A stretch of 64,000 nucleotides of DNA from Thermoanaerobaculia bacterium (GTDB lineage: Bacteria > Acidobacteriota > Thermoanaerobaculia > UBA5066). The position numbers and the translations under genes were made by a program. Below the pieces are notes generated by a model that was not told the DNA's origin, made no database searches, and saw only the letters and a program-made list of their open reading frames with translations. Location: assembly GCA_038245905.1 (NCBI GenBank), contig JBBRRY010000004.1:1-64000 (forward strand). Reading direction: 5' to 3'. Positions 1-11,258 of this stretch are shown here, piece after piece. The first letter of the stretch is position 1; each line of letters starts with the position of its first letter.

Positions 1-161
1 ACGTCGGCCGAGTCGTCGGTACAGCCGTCCCCCACGACGAGGACTTCGAAATCGCGAAGGGTCTGATCGAGCACCGAGGCGAGCGCATGACGGAGGACGG
101 AGCTCCAGTCGTACGTCGCGATCACGACGCTCACGTAAGGCAGACGATCTTTCTCGGACAC
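1..161 (-). CDS. Glycosyltransferase family 2 (5' part; runs off the left window edge)
   Basis: Manual translation from GTG at 161: MSEKDRLPYVSVVIATYDWSSVLRHALASVLDQTLRDFEVLVVGDGCTDDS, a classic GT-A/GT2 N-terminus. Not in the ORF track. Confidence 0.85.
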   Translation of the reverse strand, partial: MSEKDRLPYVSVVIATYDWSSVLRHALASVLDQTLRDFEVLVVGDGCTDDSAD

Positions 162-181
162 GCCTGCACCCCCGCCGCAGT

Positions 182-2128
182 CTACGTTCGCGACCGGAGG
201 AGCCCGGCGATGCTCCATGCCTGCGCGACGCAGCCGCCCGGGCGGTGCGGCGCGTCGCCGTCGAAGATCTCCGGAAGCTGGCCGAGGCCGTCGCCGAGCA
301 GGAAATCTCCGAGCGGGGCGAGGAGTTTGCGCATTGCCTTCGCGGTCCGCGGTCCGTCGCCGTGGACACGGCGGAAGGCCGTTGCGTAGGCTCCGAGAAG
401 CCAGGGCCACACCGTGCCCTGGTGATAGGCCGAATCGCGTTCCTCGGGACCCCCTTCGTAGCGGCCGCGGTAGGCGGGGTCCTTCGGCGAGAGCGTGCGG
501 AGGCCGAATGGCGTCAAGAGATGCTCTTCGACGATCGCGAGAACACTTCGCGCGAGCGCTTCCGGAACCATCGAATGGTGAAGGCTGACGGCGAAAACCT
601 GGTTCGGCCGAATGGAGGCATCACGCACGGGACCGTCGATACAGTCGACGAGGCCTGCACCCGTCTCGTCGGGAAAGACCGATAGAAAACTCGCGCGGCA
701 TCGCTCGGCACGTACCCGATAGGCATTCGAAGAATCTTCCTTCCCGATCCTCCTTGCGAAGTCGCTCATCGTCTGGAGCGCGTTGAACCACAGGGCCTGG
801 ATCTCGACGGGCTTTCCCCGGCGCGGGGTGATGGCGCGACCGTTCACGCGCGCGTCCATCCACGTGAGCGCCTGTCCGTCGGCGCCCGAAACGAGGAGGC
901 CGTCCTCGGCCGCACGAATGCCGAAGCGCGTCCCGCGCTCGTGCCACGCGAGGATGTCCGAAAGAACCGGGAACAGGCGATTCCCGACGAGGGCCATGTC
1001 GCCGGTCGCCTCCACGTACTGCCGCACGGCCTCGAAGAACCAGAGAGTGGCGTCGACCGTGTTGTATTCCAGTTCCTCTCCGCCGTCCGGGAACCGGTTT
1101 GGAAGCATTCCCTGGTTCACGTGCCCGGAAAATGCGAGGAGGATCTCCCGCGCGACCCCGGGCCTGCGCGTCGCGAGGGTGAGCCCCGGCAGCGCGATCA
1201 TCGTGTCCCGGCCCCAATCCGAGAACCAGGGGTAGCCGGCGATGACGGTCGCGAGGTCGCCGCGCGCGACGAGGAACTGATCGGCGGCGCGGTCGAGTGC
1301 ACGCCGGCGAGGATCGTGGCCCGCCTCGTGGGTCAGCTCCTCGCGGCGGGAGATCTCGGATTCTCTTAGAAAGTGAATATCAGACGCGGATCGTGGCGAC
1401 GTCGACGCAATGACGTTTGCCTCCCGGCGCGATGCCGGGCCGATAGGGATTTCTTCGAATGAGTAAGAGAGGGTCAGCGGATGCCAGAGGTCCTCACGGT
1501 AGTCGAAGCCGCGGCGTTCTTCCTCTTCATATTCGAAGGATCTGTACCAGTCGCCGGCTTGCGCCGCGCGTCCGTCGTGTGCGACGTACAGTGCCGGAAG
1601 ATCTTTGTACGGAGCAATCCTGATCCTGCCTTCGGCGAGCTCGACCGTCGGGTCGAGGTCCGCGTTCTCTTTCGTGAGCGCATGAAAGTTGCGGAAGGCG
1701 ACGAGGGGGCGGACCTCGAGACCGATCGGGCCCGCGTGGCCCCTGCTTTCTTTTAGGGTCCATGTCACGCACACGGTGCTCTCGCCGTGCCGCATGAAGA
1801 CTTCCTTCTCCACGACGACGCCCTCCACCCTCCAGGTGAACGTCGGGAACGGGTCCTTCCGGAAGCCGGTCAGAAAGCGGAAGCCCGCGGGGTGGATCGC
1901 GCCCGGGAAGCGGTTCGTCGACAGGTCGACGCGGCGGTCGCTCAGGATGAGGGTCTCTTCGAGCTTCGAGAGGAGGACGGCGCGGCCCACGGGAGGCCGC
2001 GTCGCGACGACGAGAAGCCCGTGATAGCGGCGCGTGTTCTCGCCGGTCGCCGTGGACATCGAATATCCGCCGAGGCCGTTCGTCTCGAGCCACTCGCGCC
2101 TGTCGGGCTCGTCCCTCCCGGGGGTCAT
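182..2128 (-). CDS. Glycogen debranching enzyme / amylo-alpha-1,6-glucosidase (archaeal-type GDE)
   Basis: [11 protein letters not shown]...TRRYHGLL N-domain; [42 protein letters not shown] and QAWS motifs. Confidence 0.92.
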   Translation of the reverse strand: MTPGRDEPDRREWLETNGLGGYSMSTATGENTRRYHGLLVVATRPPVGRAVLLSKLEETLILSDRRVDLSTNRFPGAIHPAGFRFLTGFRKDPFPTFTWRVEGVVVEKEVFMRHGESTVCVTWTLKESRGHAGPIGLEVRPLVAFRNFHALTKENADLDPTVELAEGRIRIAPYKDLPALYVAHDGRAAQAGDWYRSFEYEEEERRGFDYREDLWHPLTLSYSFEEIPIGPASRREANVIASTSPRSASDIHFLRESEISRREELTHEAGHDPRRRALDRAADQFLVARGDLATVIAGYPWFSDWGRDTMIALPGLTLATRRPGVAREILLAFSGHVNQGMLPNRFPDGGEELEYNTVDATLWFFEAVRQYVEATGDMALVGNRLFPVLSDILAWHERGTRFGIRAAEDGLLVSGADGQALTWMDARVNGRAITPRRGKPVEIQALWFNALQTMSDFARRIGKEDSSNAYRVRAERCRASFLSVFPDETGAGLVDCIDGPVRDASIRPNQVFAVSLHHSMVPEALARSVLAIVEEHLLTPFGLRTLSPKDPAYRGRYEGGPEERDSAYHQGTVWPWLLGAYATAFRRVHGDGPRTAKAMRKLLAPLGDFLLGDGLGQLPEIFDGDAPHRPGGCVAQAWSIAGLLRSRT

Positions 2129-4779
2129 TCGCCGCTCTGCTGAAGCAGCTTCGCGACGAGACCCGTCCAGCCCGTCTGGTGGCTCGCGCCGATGCCCGCG
2201 CCGACGTCCCCGTGGAAGTACTCATAGAAGAGGACGTAGTCGCGCCAGTGGGGATCGCTCTGGAATGTCTCGGCTCCTCCGTAGACCGGTCGCCGGCCGC
2301 TGTCGTCGCGGAGGAAGATCCGGGTGAGGCGCCTCGAGAGATCGCCCGCGACGTCCCACAGCGTCGTCTGCTTCCCCGAGCCCGTGGGGAGCTCGACCAT
2401 GTAGGAATCGCCGAGGAAGTGATGGAACTTCTGGAGCGATTCGATGATGAGGTAGTTGACGGGAAACCAGATCGGCCCGCGCCAGTTCGAGTTGCCGCCG
2501 AAGAGGCCCGAAGAGGACTCGGCGGGCTCGTAGTCCACGCGATGCTCCTTGCCGCCGACGTCGAGGACGTACGGATGGTCCTTGTGGAATCGTGAAAGGG
2601 CGCGAATCCCATTGGGGGAGAGGAACTCGTTCTCGTCGAGGAGGTACGAGCAGACGGACTTCAGGCGGTGCCGGTTCACGAGCGAGAGAAAGCGGCGCGG
2701 TCCGTCCTCGGTGGAGACCGTCTCGACGTGGTTCGCGAAGTCGGGCCGGTTGTCGAGGAACCACTGCATGCGCCGCTTGAAGCCGGGCAGACGGTCGACG
2801 ACTTCGGCCTCGAGCGTCTCGACCGCGAAGAGCGGGATGAGGCCGACCATCGAGCGCACGCGCAGCGGGAAGTGGCCGCCGCCCGGCAGGTGGAGGACGT
2901 CGTAGTAGAAGCCGTCCTTTCGGTCCCAGAGCTCGATCCCTTCGCCTCCGAGGTCGTTCATCGCGCGCGCGATGTAGACGAAGTGCTCGAAGAACTTCGA
3001 TGCGACGTCTTCGTAGGCGGTGTCCTCCCTCGAGAGCTCGAGTGCGATCGCGAGCATGTTGAGGCAGTACATCCCCATCCAGCTCGTGCCGTCGGACTGC
3101 TCGATGTGCCCGCCAGTCGGGAGGGGCGCGGAGCGGTCGAAGACGCCGATGTTGTCGAGCCCGAGGAAGCCGCCCTGAAAGACGTTGCGGCCCTCCTCGT
3201 CCTTGCGGTTCACCCACCACGTGAAGTTCAGGAGGAGCTTGTGGAAAACGCGCTCGAGAAACTTTCGGTCTGGCTTGCCGGAGCGCTTCGCGTCGATCTT
3301 GTAGACGCGCCAGGCCGCCCACGCGTGGACGGGCGGGTTCACATCCGAGAGCTTCCACTCGTACGCGGGGAGCTGCCCGTTCGGGTGCATGTACCACTCG
3401 CGAAGAAGCAGGACGAGCTGCTGCTTCGCGAAATCAGGATCCACGAGAGCGATCGGTACCGTGTGGAACGCGAGGTCCCACGCCGCGTACCACGGGTACT
3501 CCCACGTGTCGGGCATCGAGATGACGTCCGAATTGAAGACGTGGGTCCAGTCCGCGTTCCGGCCCTTCCAGCGCTCCGCGGGCGGCGGGGGAGCGTCCGG
3601 ATCGCCCTTCAGCCAGCGTAGGACGTCGTAGCCGTAATACTGCTTGCTCCACAGGAGGCCGCCGAACGACTGGCGCATGACGCTCTTCGCGTCGTCCGAG
3701 ACGTCCGACGGGATCACGTTCGCGTAGAAGGCGTCCGCTTCGGCGCGCCGGGCCGCGACGATCGAATCGAAGCCCGGCCCGAACGGATCCGCTGGTTTCT
3801 CGTTCGTGAGCCGCAGGCGGATCGTCTTCGTGCTGCCGGCTGGAACGTCCAGCCGGTACCACGCGGCCGACTTCGTTCCGTGGCCTGCCGGGTTCACGGC
3901 CTCGGCGACACCGTGGACGACCCGCTCGTGGAAGGCGTCCTTCACGTATGGGCCGTCGTTCTCCGTGCCGAAGAGGCGCCGGTTGTTCGTCTCGTTCTCC
4001 GTGAAGAGGAGCTCGGGAGCGCCTTCGGCGTAGAGCATGCGGTCGCCGTAGGCGGAATGCGTGATCGAGATCGCCGTGGCCCCGGCGGGTCCTTCACTCC
4101 TTCGGGCGCGGGGCCTCCGGGAATCCAGGCCCCACGACCACGTGTTGCGGAACCAGAGCGTCGGAAGGAGGTGGAGCTCCGCGGCCTCGGGGCCCCGGTT
4201 CGCGATCTCGATCTCGACGAGGATGTCCTCGGGTGACGCCTTCGCGTAGGTCACGAACACGTCGAAGTAGCGGTTTTCCTCGAAGACTCCTGTGTCGAGG
4301 AGCTCGTACTCCAGGTCTCCCTTGCCGCGGCGGGCGTTCTCTTCGCGCAGCTTCGCGTACGGGAACTCTGTCTGCGGATACTTGTAGAGCATCCGCATGT
4401 ACGAATGCGTCGGCGTGGAGTCGAGATAAAAGTAGTACTCCTTCACGTCCTCGCCGTGATTGCCCTCGGGCCCGGAAAGGCCGAAGAGCCGCTCCTTGAG
4501 GATCGGGTCCTTCCCGTTCCAGAGCGCGACCGCGAAGCAGAGGCTCGCGTGCCGGTCGGAAAACCCGGCGATGCCGTCCTCCCCCCATCGATAGGCGCGC
4601 GACGGCGCGGCGTCGTGGGGAAAATACGCCCAGGCCGACCCGTCGGGGCTGTAGTCCTCGCGCACGGTGCCCCATTGCCGCTCGGACAGGTAAGGGCCCC
4701 AGCGCTTCCAGTTCCTTCGGCGGTCGCGGTCCTCCGCGAGGCGGACCGACTCCGGATCGGGTGTGTTCGGTTCGGACAT
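2125..4779 (-). CDS. GH63-like glucosidase (mannosyl-oligosaccharide glucosidase-like)
   Basis: [61 protein letters not shown] at 4779 chosen (ORF is open to 4821). 4-bp overlap with the GDE gene. Confidence 0.9.
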   Translation of the reverse strand: MSEPNTPDPESVRLAEDRDRRRNWKRWGPYLSERQWGTVREDYSPDGSAWAYFPHDAAPSRAYRWGEDGIAGFSDRHASLCFAVALWNGKDPILKERLFGLSGPEGNHGEDVKEYYFYLDSTPTHSYMRMLYKYPQTEFPYAKLREENARRGKGDLEYELLDTGVFEENRYFDVFVTYAKASPEDILVEIEIANRGPEAAELHLLPTLWFRNTWSWGLDSRRPRARRSEGPAGATAISITHSAYGDRMLYAEGAPELLFTENETNNRRLFGTENDGPYVKDAFHERVVHGVAEAVNPAGHGTKSAAWYRLDVPAGSTKTIRLRLTNEKPADPFGPGFDSIVAARRAEADAFYANVIPSDVSDDAKSVMRQSFGGLLWSKQYYGYDVLRWLKGDPDAPPPPAERWKGRNADWTHVFNSDVISMPDTWEYPWYAAWDLAFHTVPIALVDPDFAKQQLVLLLREWYMHPNGQLPAYEWKLSDVNPPVHAWAAWRVYKIDAKRSGKPDRKFLERVFHKLLLNFTWWVNRKDEEGRNVFQGGFLGLDNIGVFDRSAPLPTGGHIEQSDGTSWMGMYCLNMLAIALELSREDTAYEDVASKFFEHFVYIARAMNDLGGEGIELWDRKDGFYYDVLHLPGGGHFPLRVRSMVGLIPLFAVETLEAEVVDRLPGFKRRMQWFLDNRPDFANHVETVSTEDGPRRFLSLVNRHRLKSVCSYLLDENEFLSPNGIRALSRFHKDHPYVLDVGGKEHRVDYEPAESSSGLFGGNSNWRGPIWFPVNYLIIESLQKFHHFLGDSYMVELPTGSGKQTTLWDVAGDLSRRLTRIFLRDDSGRRPVYGGAETFQSDPHWRDYVLFYEYFHGDVGAGIGASHQTGWTGLVAKLLQQSGE

Positions 4780-4854
4780 GGTCGGTCTCCCGGACGCAAG
4801 GTTATACGGGGTCTTGCTCACTCGCGGTTCAGATGCCGGCTGGTGTCCTTCGTT

Positions 4855-5586
4855 TCAAGCCGGGGACCGCCGTACGACGCGGAGGAAGGCCGCGAGCCTC
4901 TCGTCGGCCGGGTGGGAACGGAGGTCTTCGGGCGTGCCGGCCTGCGCGACCCGGCCGTCGAAGAGGACGACGAGGTGGCTTGCGAGCGCGAACGCTTCCG
5001 GCTGGTCGTGCGTGACGAGGAGCGTGGTCAGGCCTGTCTCGTCATGAAGCTGGAGGAGCCACTCGCCGAGCTCGAGCCGCACGCCGGCGTCGAGCGCCCC
5101 GAACGGCTCATCGAGGAGAAGGACGCGCGGGCTGACGGCGAGAGCGCGCGCGAACGCCACGCGCTGCCGCTGACCACCCGAGAGCTCCGACGGACGGCGG
5201 CTGGCGAAGCCGTCCAGCTGGACACGGTGGAGGAGCTCGTCCACGCGCGCGACGGCTTGCTTTCGCGGAACACCGCGGACACGCAGCCCGAAGACGACGT
5301 TCTCGCGCACCGAGAGATGCCCGAAGAGCGCGTAGCCCTGAAAAACGAAACCGACTCCCCGCTTTTGCACCGGCGTTTCCGTCACGTCCTCACCGTGCAG
5401 GATCACGCGGCCCGCGTCCGGCTCCTCCAGTCCCGCGATGAGCCGGAGGACCGTCGACTTGCCGGCGCCGGAGGGGCCCAGGATCGCCGTGATCGCGCCC
5501 GTGGGCGCGGTGAACGAGACGCCCGCTACGGCGGGCGGACCGTCCTCCGTGAAACGACGCCTGAGATTCGTCACGACGACACTCAT
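4855..5586 (-). CDS. cysA: Sulfate ABC transporter ATP-binding subunit (short, no C-terminal TOBE domain)
   Basis: [12 protein letters not shown]..., GPSGAGKST, VGFVFQGYALF, LSGGQRQRVA, LLLDEPFGALD, VTHDQ. ATGA overlap with the upstream permease. Confidence 0.88.
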   Translation of the reverse strand: MSVVVTNLRRRFTEDGPPAVAGVSFTAPTGAITAILGPSGAGKSTVLRLIAGLEEPDAGRVILHGEDVTETPVQKRGVGFVFQGYALFGHLSVRENVVFGLRVRGVPRKQAVARVDELLHRVQLDGFASRRPSELSGGQRQRVAFARALAVSPRVLLLDEPFGALDAGVRLELGEWLLQLHDETGLTTLLVTHDQPEAFALASHLVVLFDGRVAQAGTPEDLRSHPADERLAAFLRVVRRSPA

Positions 5587-7256
5587 CGGGACCTCTCCCG
5601 CGCTTCTTCGTATTTGCGCGCCGCTAGCGTGACAAGTGCGAGAAGCGTGAGGAGCGACGCGACCGCGAAGGCGCCCGTGAGGTCGTACTCGTTGTAGAGG
5701 ATCTCGGCGTGGAGGGGCAGCGTGTTCGTCACCCCGCGGATGTGCCCCGACACGACCGACACCGCGCCGAACTCGCCCATCGCGCGCGCGTTGCACAGGA
5801 TCGCGCCCGTGAGGATGCCGCCGCGCGCCTTCGGCAGCGTCACCCGAAAAAACGTCTGCCATCCGTTGGCGCCGAGCGTGAGCGCCGCCTCTTCCTCCTC
5901 GTTCCCCTGCGCTTCCAGGACCGCGAGCACCTCGCGCGCCACATACGGAAACGTGACGAAAACCGTGGCGAGGACGATGCCCGGCACCGCGAAGATGATC
6001 CTCACGTCGTGCGCCGCGAGGAACGGACCGAGGAAGCCCTGACGTCCGAAGAGGAGGACGAAGACGAGCCCCGCGATGACGGGGGAGACCGCGAAGGGCA
6101 GGTCGATGAGCGAGACGAGGAGACCCCTCCCCGGGAACCGGAATTTTGCGATGAGCCACGCGGCGAGGACGCCGAAGACGACGTGCAGCGGTACCGCGAT
6201 CGCCGCCGTGAGGAGGGTGAGGCGTATGGCCGAGAGGGCCGCGGGCTGCGAGATGGCCTGGAGGTAAGCGGCTGGTCCCTCTCGGAACGCCTGCGCGAAG
6301 ACGGCTGCGAGCGGCACGAAGAGGAGCACGGTGAGAAGGAGAAATGCGCCCGCCACGAGGCCGCGCCGGAGGGCCGGTGAGTCGGCGAGAGCGGGCGCAC
6401 GGCGGAACCCGCGCCCGATCACCGTGGACGCTCCCGCGCGGCGGCGCGTCCAACGCTGCAGGGCGTTGATCGTGAAGACGAGGACGAAGGACGCGACGAG
6501 GAGGACGAGGGCGATCGCGGTCGCGCCCGCCGTGTCGTACTGCTCGAGCTTCGTTACGATGAGGAGGGGCGCGATTTCCGTGCGAAACGGCATGTTCCCC
6601 GAAATGAAGACGATCGAGCCGTATTCGCCCAACGCGCGCGCGAATGCCAGCGTAAAGCCCGTGAGGAGCGGCGGGAGGAGGTTCGGAAAGACGATGCGCC
6701 GGAAGGTCTGCAGCCGGGAGGCACCGAGAACCGCCGCGGCTTCCTCCAGCTCCGCATCGAGATCCTCGAGGACGGGCTGAATCGTCCGGACCACGAACGG
6801 GAGGCCGACGAACGTCAGCGCCAGAACGACGCCGATGGGCGTGAAGGCGACCCGGAACCCGAGGGGCTCGAGGAAGCGCCCGAGCCAGCCGTTCGCGGAG
6901 TAAACCGCCGTGAGTGTCAGGCCCGCGACGGCCGTCGGCAGCGCGAAGGGGAGATCCACGAGCGCGTCCACGAGGGCGCGCCCCGGGAAGCGATAGCGCG
7001 CGAGCACCCAGGCGAGGAGAAGGCCGAATCCGGCGTTCAAGAGCGCGGCGAGGAGGGCCGCCCCGAAACTGAGGCGGTAAGCCGCGAGCGCGCGCGGCGC
7101 GGTGACGATGTGCCAGAACCCGGAGGGCGTGAGGCCGGCGGCCTTGGCGACGAGAGCGGCGAGCGGCACGAGGACGAGGAGGCCGACATAGAGAAGCGTC
7201 ACGCCGAGAGCGGGCCCGAACGCGGGAAGCACGCCATGACGCCGAGATTTCTTCAC
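5583..7256 (-). CDS. Sulfate ABC permease, CysT-CysW fusion in one reading frame
   Basis: From GTG 7256: CysT half ([31 protein letters not shown]...LEQYD) runs without a stop into the CysW half ([40 protein letters not shown]). Confidence 0.85.
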   Translation of the reverse strand: MKKSRRHGVLPAFGPALGVTLLYVGLLVLVPLAALVAKAAGLTPSGFWHIVTAPRALAAYRLSFGAALLAALLNAGFGLLLAWVLARYRFPGRALVDALVDLPFALPTAVAGLTLTAVYSANGWLGRFLEPLGFRVAFTPIGVVLALTFVGLPFVVRTIQPVLEDLDAELEEAAAVLGASRLQTFRRIVFPNLLPPLLTGFTLAFARALGEYGSIVFISGNMPFRTEIAPLLIVTKLEQYDTAGATAIALVLLVASFVLVFTINALQRWTRRRAGASTVIGRGFRRAPALADSPALRRGLVAGAFLLLTVLLFVPLAAVFAQAFREGPAAYLQAISQPAALSAIRLTLLTAAIAVPLHVVFGVLAAWLIAKFRFPGRGLLVSLIDLPFAVSPVIAGLVFVLLFGRQGFLGPFLAAHDVRIIFAVPGIVLATVFVTFPYVAREVLAVLEAQGNEEEEAALTLGANGWQTFFRVTLPKARGGILTGAILCNARAMGEFGAVSVVSGHIRGVTNTLPLHAEILYNEYDLTGAFAVASLLTLLALVTLAARKYEEARERSR

Positions 7257-8344
7257 CGGCCCGGCTGATAGATCTGGTCGAACGTGCCGCCGTCGTCGAA
7301 GTGGGCCTTCTGGGCCTTCCCCCATCCGCCGAAGACCTCGTCGATCGTGAAGAGCGTGAGCCGCGGGACATCGGCGGCGTGGGCTGCCGCGATCTTCGCG
7401 TCCCCCGGACGGTAGCGATGCCTCGCCGCGATGGCCTGCGCTTCCTCCGTGTAAAGAAACTCGAGGTAGGCCTGCGCTGCCGCGCGCGTGCCGTGCTTGT
7501 CGACGTTCTTGTCCACGAGCGCGACGGGCGGCTCGGCCACGATGCTCGTCGAGGGGAGCACGATCTCGAAATTCTCCCGGCGGGCCTCCTTTGTCAGGAG
7601 GAACGCCTCGTTTTCCCATGTGATGAGGACGTCTCCCAGGCCGCGCTCGCCGAACGTCGTCGTCGATCCACGGGCACCCGCATCGAGAACGGGCACGTTT
7701 CGCATGAGCCTCGCGAGAAACTCGCGCGCCGAGGCTTCGCTGCCGCCCGGCCTCTTCAGGGCGTAGCCCCATGCTGCGAGGTAGTTCCAGCGCGCCCCTC
7801 CGGACGTCCTGGGATTGGGCGTGATGACGGCGACGCCCGGCTTCACGAGGTCGTCCCAGTTTCGGATCTTCTTCGGGTTCCCCTTGCGCACGACGAAGAC
7901 GATCGTCGAAGTGTACGGAGAGCTGTTCCGGGGGAGACGCGATTGCCATTTGGCGGGCAGGAGGCCCCCATGGGCCGCGATCGCGTCGATGTCGCCCGAC
8001 AGCGCCAGCGTCACGACGTCGGCCTCGAGGCCGTCGATCACGGCGCGGGCCTGTTTGCCCGAACCGCCGTGCGACTGGTTGATCGTGAGCGGCCCATGAG
8101 AAGGCTCCCACCGCTTCCGGAAGGCTGCGTTGATTTCCTCGTAGAGCTCGCGCGTCGGGTCGTATGAGACGTTCAGAAGAGTCGTCGTGGAGGAGGCTGC
8201 GAGGAGGGAAGAAGAAGAGGGAGGAGAGAAAAAGATTTCTTTGAAGATGAATACAAGAGCGATGGCGAACGCGGCGCGCACGAGAGCGCGTTGGGCACGC
8301 GGCGGCAGCGGGAAAGGCGCGAGGCGCTTCGGTTCGGCTGACAC
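7253..8344 (-). CDS. sbp: Sulfate ABC transporter substrate-binding protein (Sbp/CysP family)
   Basis: [73 protein letters not shown]. Confidence 0.93.
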   Translation of the reverse strand: MSAEPKRLAPFPLPPRAQRALVRAAFAIALVFIFKEIFFSPPSSSSLLAASSTTTLLNVSYDPTRELYEEINAAFRKRWEPSHGPLTINQSHGGSGKQARAVIDGLEADVVTLALSGDIDAIAAHGGLLPAKWQSRLPRNSSPYTSTIVFVVRKGNPKKIRNWDDLVKPGVAVITPNPRTSGGARWNYLAAWGYALKRPGGSEASAREFLARLMRNVPVLDAGARGSTTTFGERGLGDVLITWENEAFLLTKEARRENFEIVLPSTSIVAEPPVALVDKNVDKHGTRAAAQAYLEFLYTEEAQAIAARHRYRPGDAKIAAAHAADVPRLTLFTIDEVFGGWGKAQKAHFDDGGTFDQIYQPGR

Positions 8345-8383
8345 TTTCTAAAAAATCCTTTTTTTTCTCTTTCGCTCGAATGT

Positions 8384-8418
8384 ATACTAGTTATCATACC
8401 AATATAGTCAACTACTAT
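8384..8418. promoter_or_regulatory. Inverted repeat ATACTAGTT-N17-AACTACTAT; probable Rrf2 operator overlapping a sigma70-like promoter for sbp
   Basis: AT-rich spacer between divergent sbp and rrf2. Minus strand reads TTGACT (8411-8406)-N16-TAGTAT. One arm resembles IscR type-1 sites (TAGTTGACT). Confidence 0.6.
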
Positions 8419-8438
8419 TTCAGAGGGAGAATGCCTCC

Positions 8439-8840
8439 GTGAAGCTCACCCGCCGAAGCGAATACGCCCTTCTCGCGCTGATCCATCTCGCGCGCGCGGA
8501 GGGGAAGGGTTACGTCAACGTCGCCGCGATGGCGGAGGCGCAGGGCCTGCCCGGCAAGTTTCTCGAGCAGCTCCTGATGGCCTTGAAGCGCGGCGGCCTC
8601 GTGAAGAGCCAGAAGGGGCCGCATGGAGGCTACCGGCTCTCGCGGCCCGCCGGGAAGATCTCCCTCGCCGAGATCATCCGGCTCCTCGACGGCGCCCTGG
8701 CCCCGACCGAATCGGTCAGCACCTACTTTTATGAGTCCACGCCCGTTGAGCGGGAGAAACGTCTCCTCCGCATCTTCAAGGAAATCCGGGACTTCGTCTC
8801 GACGAAGCTCGAGAAGACGACTCTCGCGGACGTTTCCTGA
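8439..8840 (+). CDS. Rrf2-family transcriptional regulator, cysteine-less (CymR-like)
   Basis: MKLTRRSEYAL...FLEQLL..LKRGGLVKSQKGPHGGYRL...ISLAEIIRLLDG...TTLAD. No Cys, so no Fe-S ligands. Divergent from the sulfate operon. Confidence 0.9.
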   Translation: MKLTRRSEYALLALIHLARAEGKGYVNVAAMAEAQGLPGKFLEQLLMALKRGGLVKSQKGPHGGYRLSRPAGKISLAEIIRLLDGALAPTESVSTYFYESTPVEREKRLLRIFKEIRDFVSTKLEKTTLADVS

Positions 8841-8851
8841 CACGCGTACAT

Positions 8852-9289
8852 CTAGGCGGTCGCGTCCTTGGTGGGCGGGCGCCTCTTGAGGAGGTGCGCG
8901 GCGTACGCGAGGATGTAAACGACGCCGAGCGCGGCGTGGACCCACCCGGTCCACTGTCGTGCTGCGTCGCCCGTGAGGACCTGGATGAGCGGGCCCGTCA
9001 GGACGAGCGGCGCCGCGAGCGCGAGGAGCCCGACGCCGCTTGCGCGGCCCGAATCCTCGCCGGCCTGCAGCTGCTTGAGGGCATGGCCGCTGAAGACGAG
9101 GCCGAGGGCGAAGACGAGGAAGGACGCCGTCAGGACGTGAAGCTTGAGCATCGGCTGCTGCCACGGGTGCCCGGCGCGTGAGTCCGGGTCGGAGCCGGCC
9201 ATGAAGTACTTCATGACGCCGTAGGCGAGGCCTGAGAGGCCCACGAACGCGCACGCGAGGTGGTTGAGGACGACGGCCCAGCGCTTCAT
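8852..9289 (-). CDS. Small multi-TM membrane protein with His in the helices (cytochrome b-like)
   Basis: About 4 hydrophobic helices carrying His (LNHLA, KLHVL, SGHAL, WVHAA, AAHLL). ATGA coupling to the FMN-binding gene. Confidence 0.6.
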   Translation of the reverse strand: MKRWAVVLNHLACAFVGLSGLAYGVMKYFMAGSDPDSRAGHPWQQPMLKLHVLTASFLVFALGLVFSGHALKQLQAGEDSGRASGVGLLALAAPLVLTGPLIQVLTGDAARQWTGWVHAALGVVYILAYAAHLLKRRPPTKDATA

Positions 9290-9930
9290 CTGCGGCCCTT
9301 CTCCTTCAGGAATGCATCCAGTGCGAGGACGCGACGCGCCGCCTCGACGGTGACGCGCACCGTGATCGTCGCACCCGTCACGGTGCGAAGGCCGCGCCTC
9401 TCGGACAGCTCATCGGTCAGTGTCTTCCCGGGAAACTGGCCGTACCACGCCCCGCGCGGGAGGTACTCCTCAGGTTCGGAGAAGGAGAGGACCTCGATGC
9501 GGGAGATCGCCCCCTTCGGGTCCACGGCGACGAGGATCGTCTCGGGCAGCGTCCTGACGACGTGTGTGTCGAAGTACGCGGTGCCGGCATCCTTCCCGTC
9601 GGCCGTCGCGGCGTAGTACGCGACGAGGCCCGTCGGAGGCGCGCCGCCGGAACGGCGCGCGACCTCGGCGCGGTCGGATTCCGAGAGGAACGCCGTCTTC
9701 CGCGCCACGACCGCGCCTTTGGGGAACACGAGGCGCAGAGCTTCCTCCTGGGTCAGGAAAGTCTTGGCTTCGGAAGAAGAAGAGAGAAGAACGAAGAGGA
9801 ACAGTAAGATTTCTTTGAATGAAAGAGAGAGAGAGCGGCGGCGGGCTGGCGAGTCGCCTGCGATCCGCGCCTCGCTCGGGCCGCACCTATCTTCCCTTCT
9901 AAGAAAATCTTCTCTCTTCTCTTTTCTCAA
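9286..9930 (-). CDS. Exported FMN-binding (flavinylation target) protein
   Basis: Signal-like segment ending SSSEA; VDPKGAISRIEVLSFSEP..Y; WYGQFPGKT; TVTGATIT matches the [S/T]GA[S/T] flavinylation motif. Confidence 0.82.
   Translation of the reverse strand: MRKEKREDFLRREDRCGPSEARIAGDSPARRRSLSLSFKEILLFLFVLLSSSSEAKTFLTQEEALRLVFPKGAVVARKTAFLSESDRAEVARRSGGAPPTGLVAYYAATADGKDAGTAYFDTHVVRTLPETILVAVDPKGAISRIEVLSFSEPEEYLPRGAWYGQFPGKTLTDELSERRGLRTVTGATITVRVTVEAARRVLALDAFLKEKGRR
9895..9912 (+). repeat. Dispersed AT-rich motif, copy CCTTCTAAGAAAATCTTC
   Basis: Exact reverse complement at 21504-21521 and a 1-mismatch copy at 35125-35142. Paired with an inverted copy at 9806-9821. Confidence 0.75.
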
Positions 9931-11258
9931 AACTCATACCCCAGCGCGACGTTGAACTGGTTGACGCCGGTGTTCGCGGCGTTCTTGCGCCATTGTCCAT
10001 CCATTTTCACGACGACCTGCGGGATGGGCTTGAAGACGACGCCGGCCGTCCACTGCGTGACGTCGTTCTCGGGATTGCGCTCATAGCCCGCCGGGACTTC
10101 CCTCTGCGTGTCCCAGGCTTCGTATCGCACGAAGGGCGTCAAGGTCATGCGGCACTTCCGAACGAGGGAGAGAACGTCGAAGCCGGATTCCACGTACCAG
10201 CCTCCCTGCTTGCTGCCGACGGACTCGTCGCCCTCGAAGTTGTTGATCTGGTTGATCGCGGCCGCGTCGCCGACAGTGGACCGGGCCCAGACAGCCCGGA
10301 ACGAAGCTCCGCGCCATTTCGCGTCGCCATGAAGGTCGACGAACGTCGTCCGCGCCGCGAAGCCTTCGCCGGCGGGCGTCACCTGGCCTTGGCCGGCGTT
10401 GCCCGTGAAGAACGATGCGCCGAGGACGACGCCGGGCAGCCCGTTGTAGTCGAGACGCCCCGTGAGGGCGAAGTTGCGAGCGAGGGCGAGCGAGCCCTCC
10501 TGCCGCCCCTCCGCGAGTCCGTCCGCCGCGTAGCGTGCCGCGTTCAGGCCGTTTACGAGATACAGGCGATACGAGAACGGACCTAAGTCGCCCCACCCGC
10601 CGAAGCCTATCTCGCGCCAGGTGGAGGGGAGGATCACGGTCTCGACGTCCGGCCGGCGCGTGCCCAGGAACACGGGAGGCTCGTGGAGTTGATTGATGAG
10701 GCCGACCGGGATGAGCACGAGGCCCGCGCGCACATTGAAGGCGCGGTTCCCGCTCATCCAGTCGAGATAAAGGAACTCCACCTCGGTCTCGCCGCCCTTG
10801 TCACTCGCGGTGACTGCGTGCTCGTACTCGATCTCGCTGTTGAAGACCAAGTGGGCGTCGAATTTGTAGCCGAAGTAGAGGACGGCGCGCGCGACGTCGA
10901 TCGTGGGCGTGAGGTTCGACGGCATTCCGTCCTCGCGCGATCCGGAGAAGTTCTGGTAGAGGATCTCGCCGTAGCCTCCGATCGAAACGCCCTTCTTCTC
11001 GTAGACCTTCGAGGCTGCTGGTCCGAGCCCGAGCGTCGGGGCCGCTGCCGCAGCGATCTCCGCGGGACCCGCCTCGCCGAGCCGAATGCCCTCTATCTCC
11101 TTCGTGAGGACGTCCACCTTCTGTTCCAGCTCCCTGAGCCGGTCGGCGTCGGCCTTCGGCGGATCGTCGGCTCGAAGAGGGGAGACGAAGAGACTGCTGA
11201 GAATGAGAGAAAGACGGATTGTGGCGACGGCGCCGCACGTCTTCAGAGGCTGAATCAC
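9927..11258 (-). CDS. Outer-membrane porin-like beta-barrel protein
   Basis: Signal peptide, coiled-coil N-terminus, SIGGYGE, FNSEIEYEH, INQLHEPP.F..RP.VE..ILPSTWRE, and a C-terminal GYEF (aromatic BAM signal). Confidence 0.8.
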   Translation of the reverse strand: MIQPLKTCGAVATIRLSLILSSLFVSPLRADDPPKADADRLRELEQKVDVLTKEIEGIRLGEAGPAEIAAAAAPTLGLGPAASKVYEKKGVSIGGYGEILYQNFSGSREDGMPSNLTPTIDVARAVLYFGYKFDAHLVFNSEIEYEHAVTASDKGGETEVEFLYLDWMSGNRAFNVRAGLVLIPVGLINQLHEPPVFLGTRRPDVETVILPSTWREIGFGGWGDLGPFSYRLYLVNGLNAARYAADGLAEGRQEGSLALARNFALTGRLDYNGLPGVVLGASFFTGNAGQGQVTPAGEGFAARTTFVDLHGDAKWRGASFRAVWARSTVGDAAAINQINNFEGDESVGSKQGGWYVESGFDVLSLVRKCRMTLTPFVRYEAWDTQREVPAGYERNPENDVTQWTAGVVFKPIPQVVVKMDGQWRKNAANTGVNQFNVALGYEF

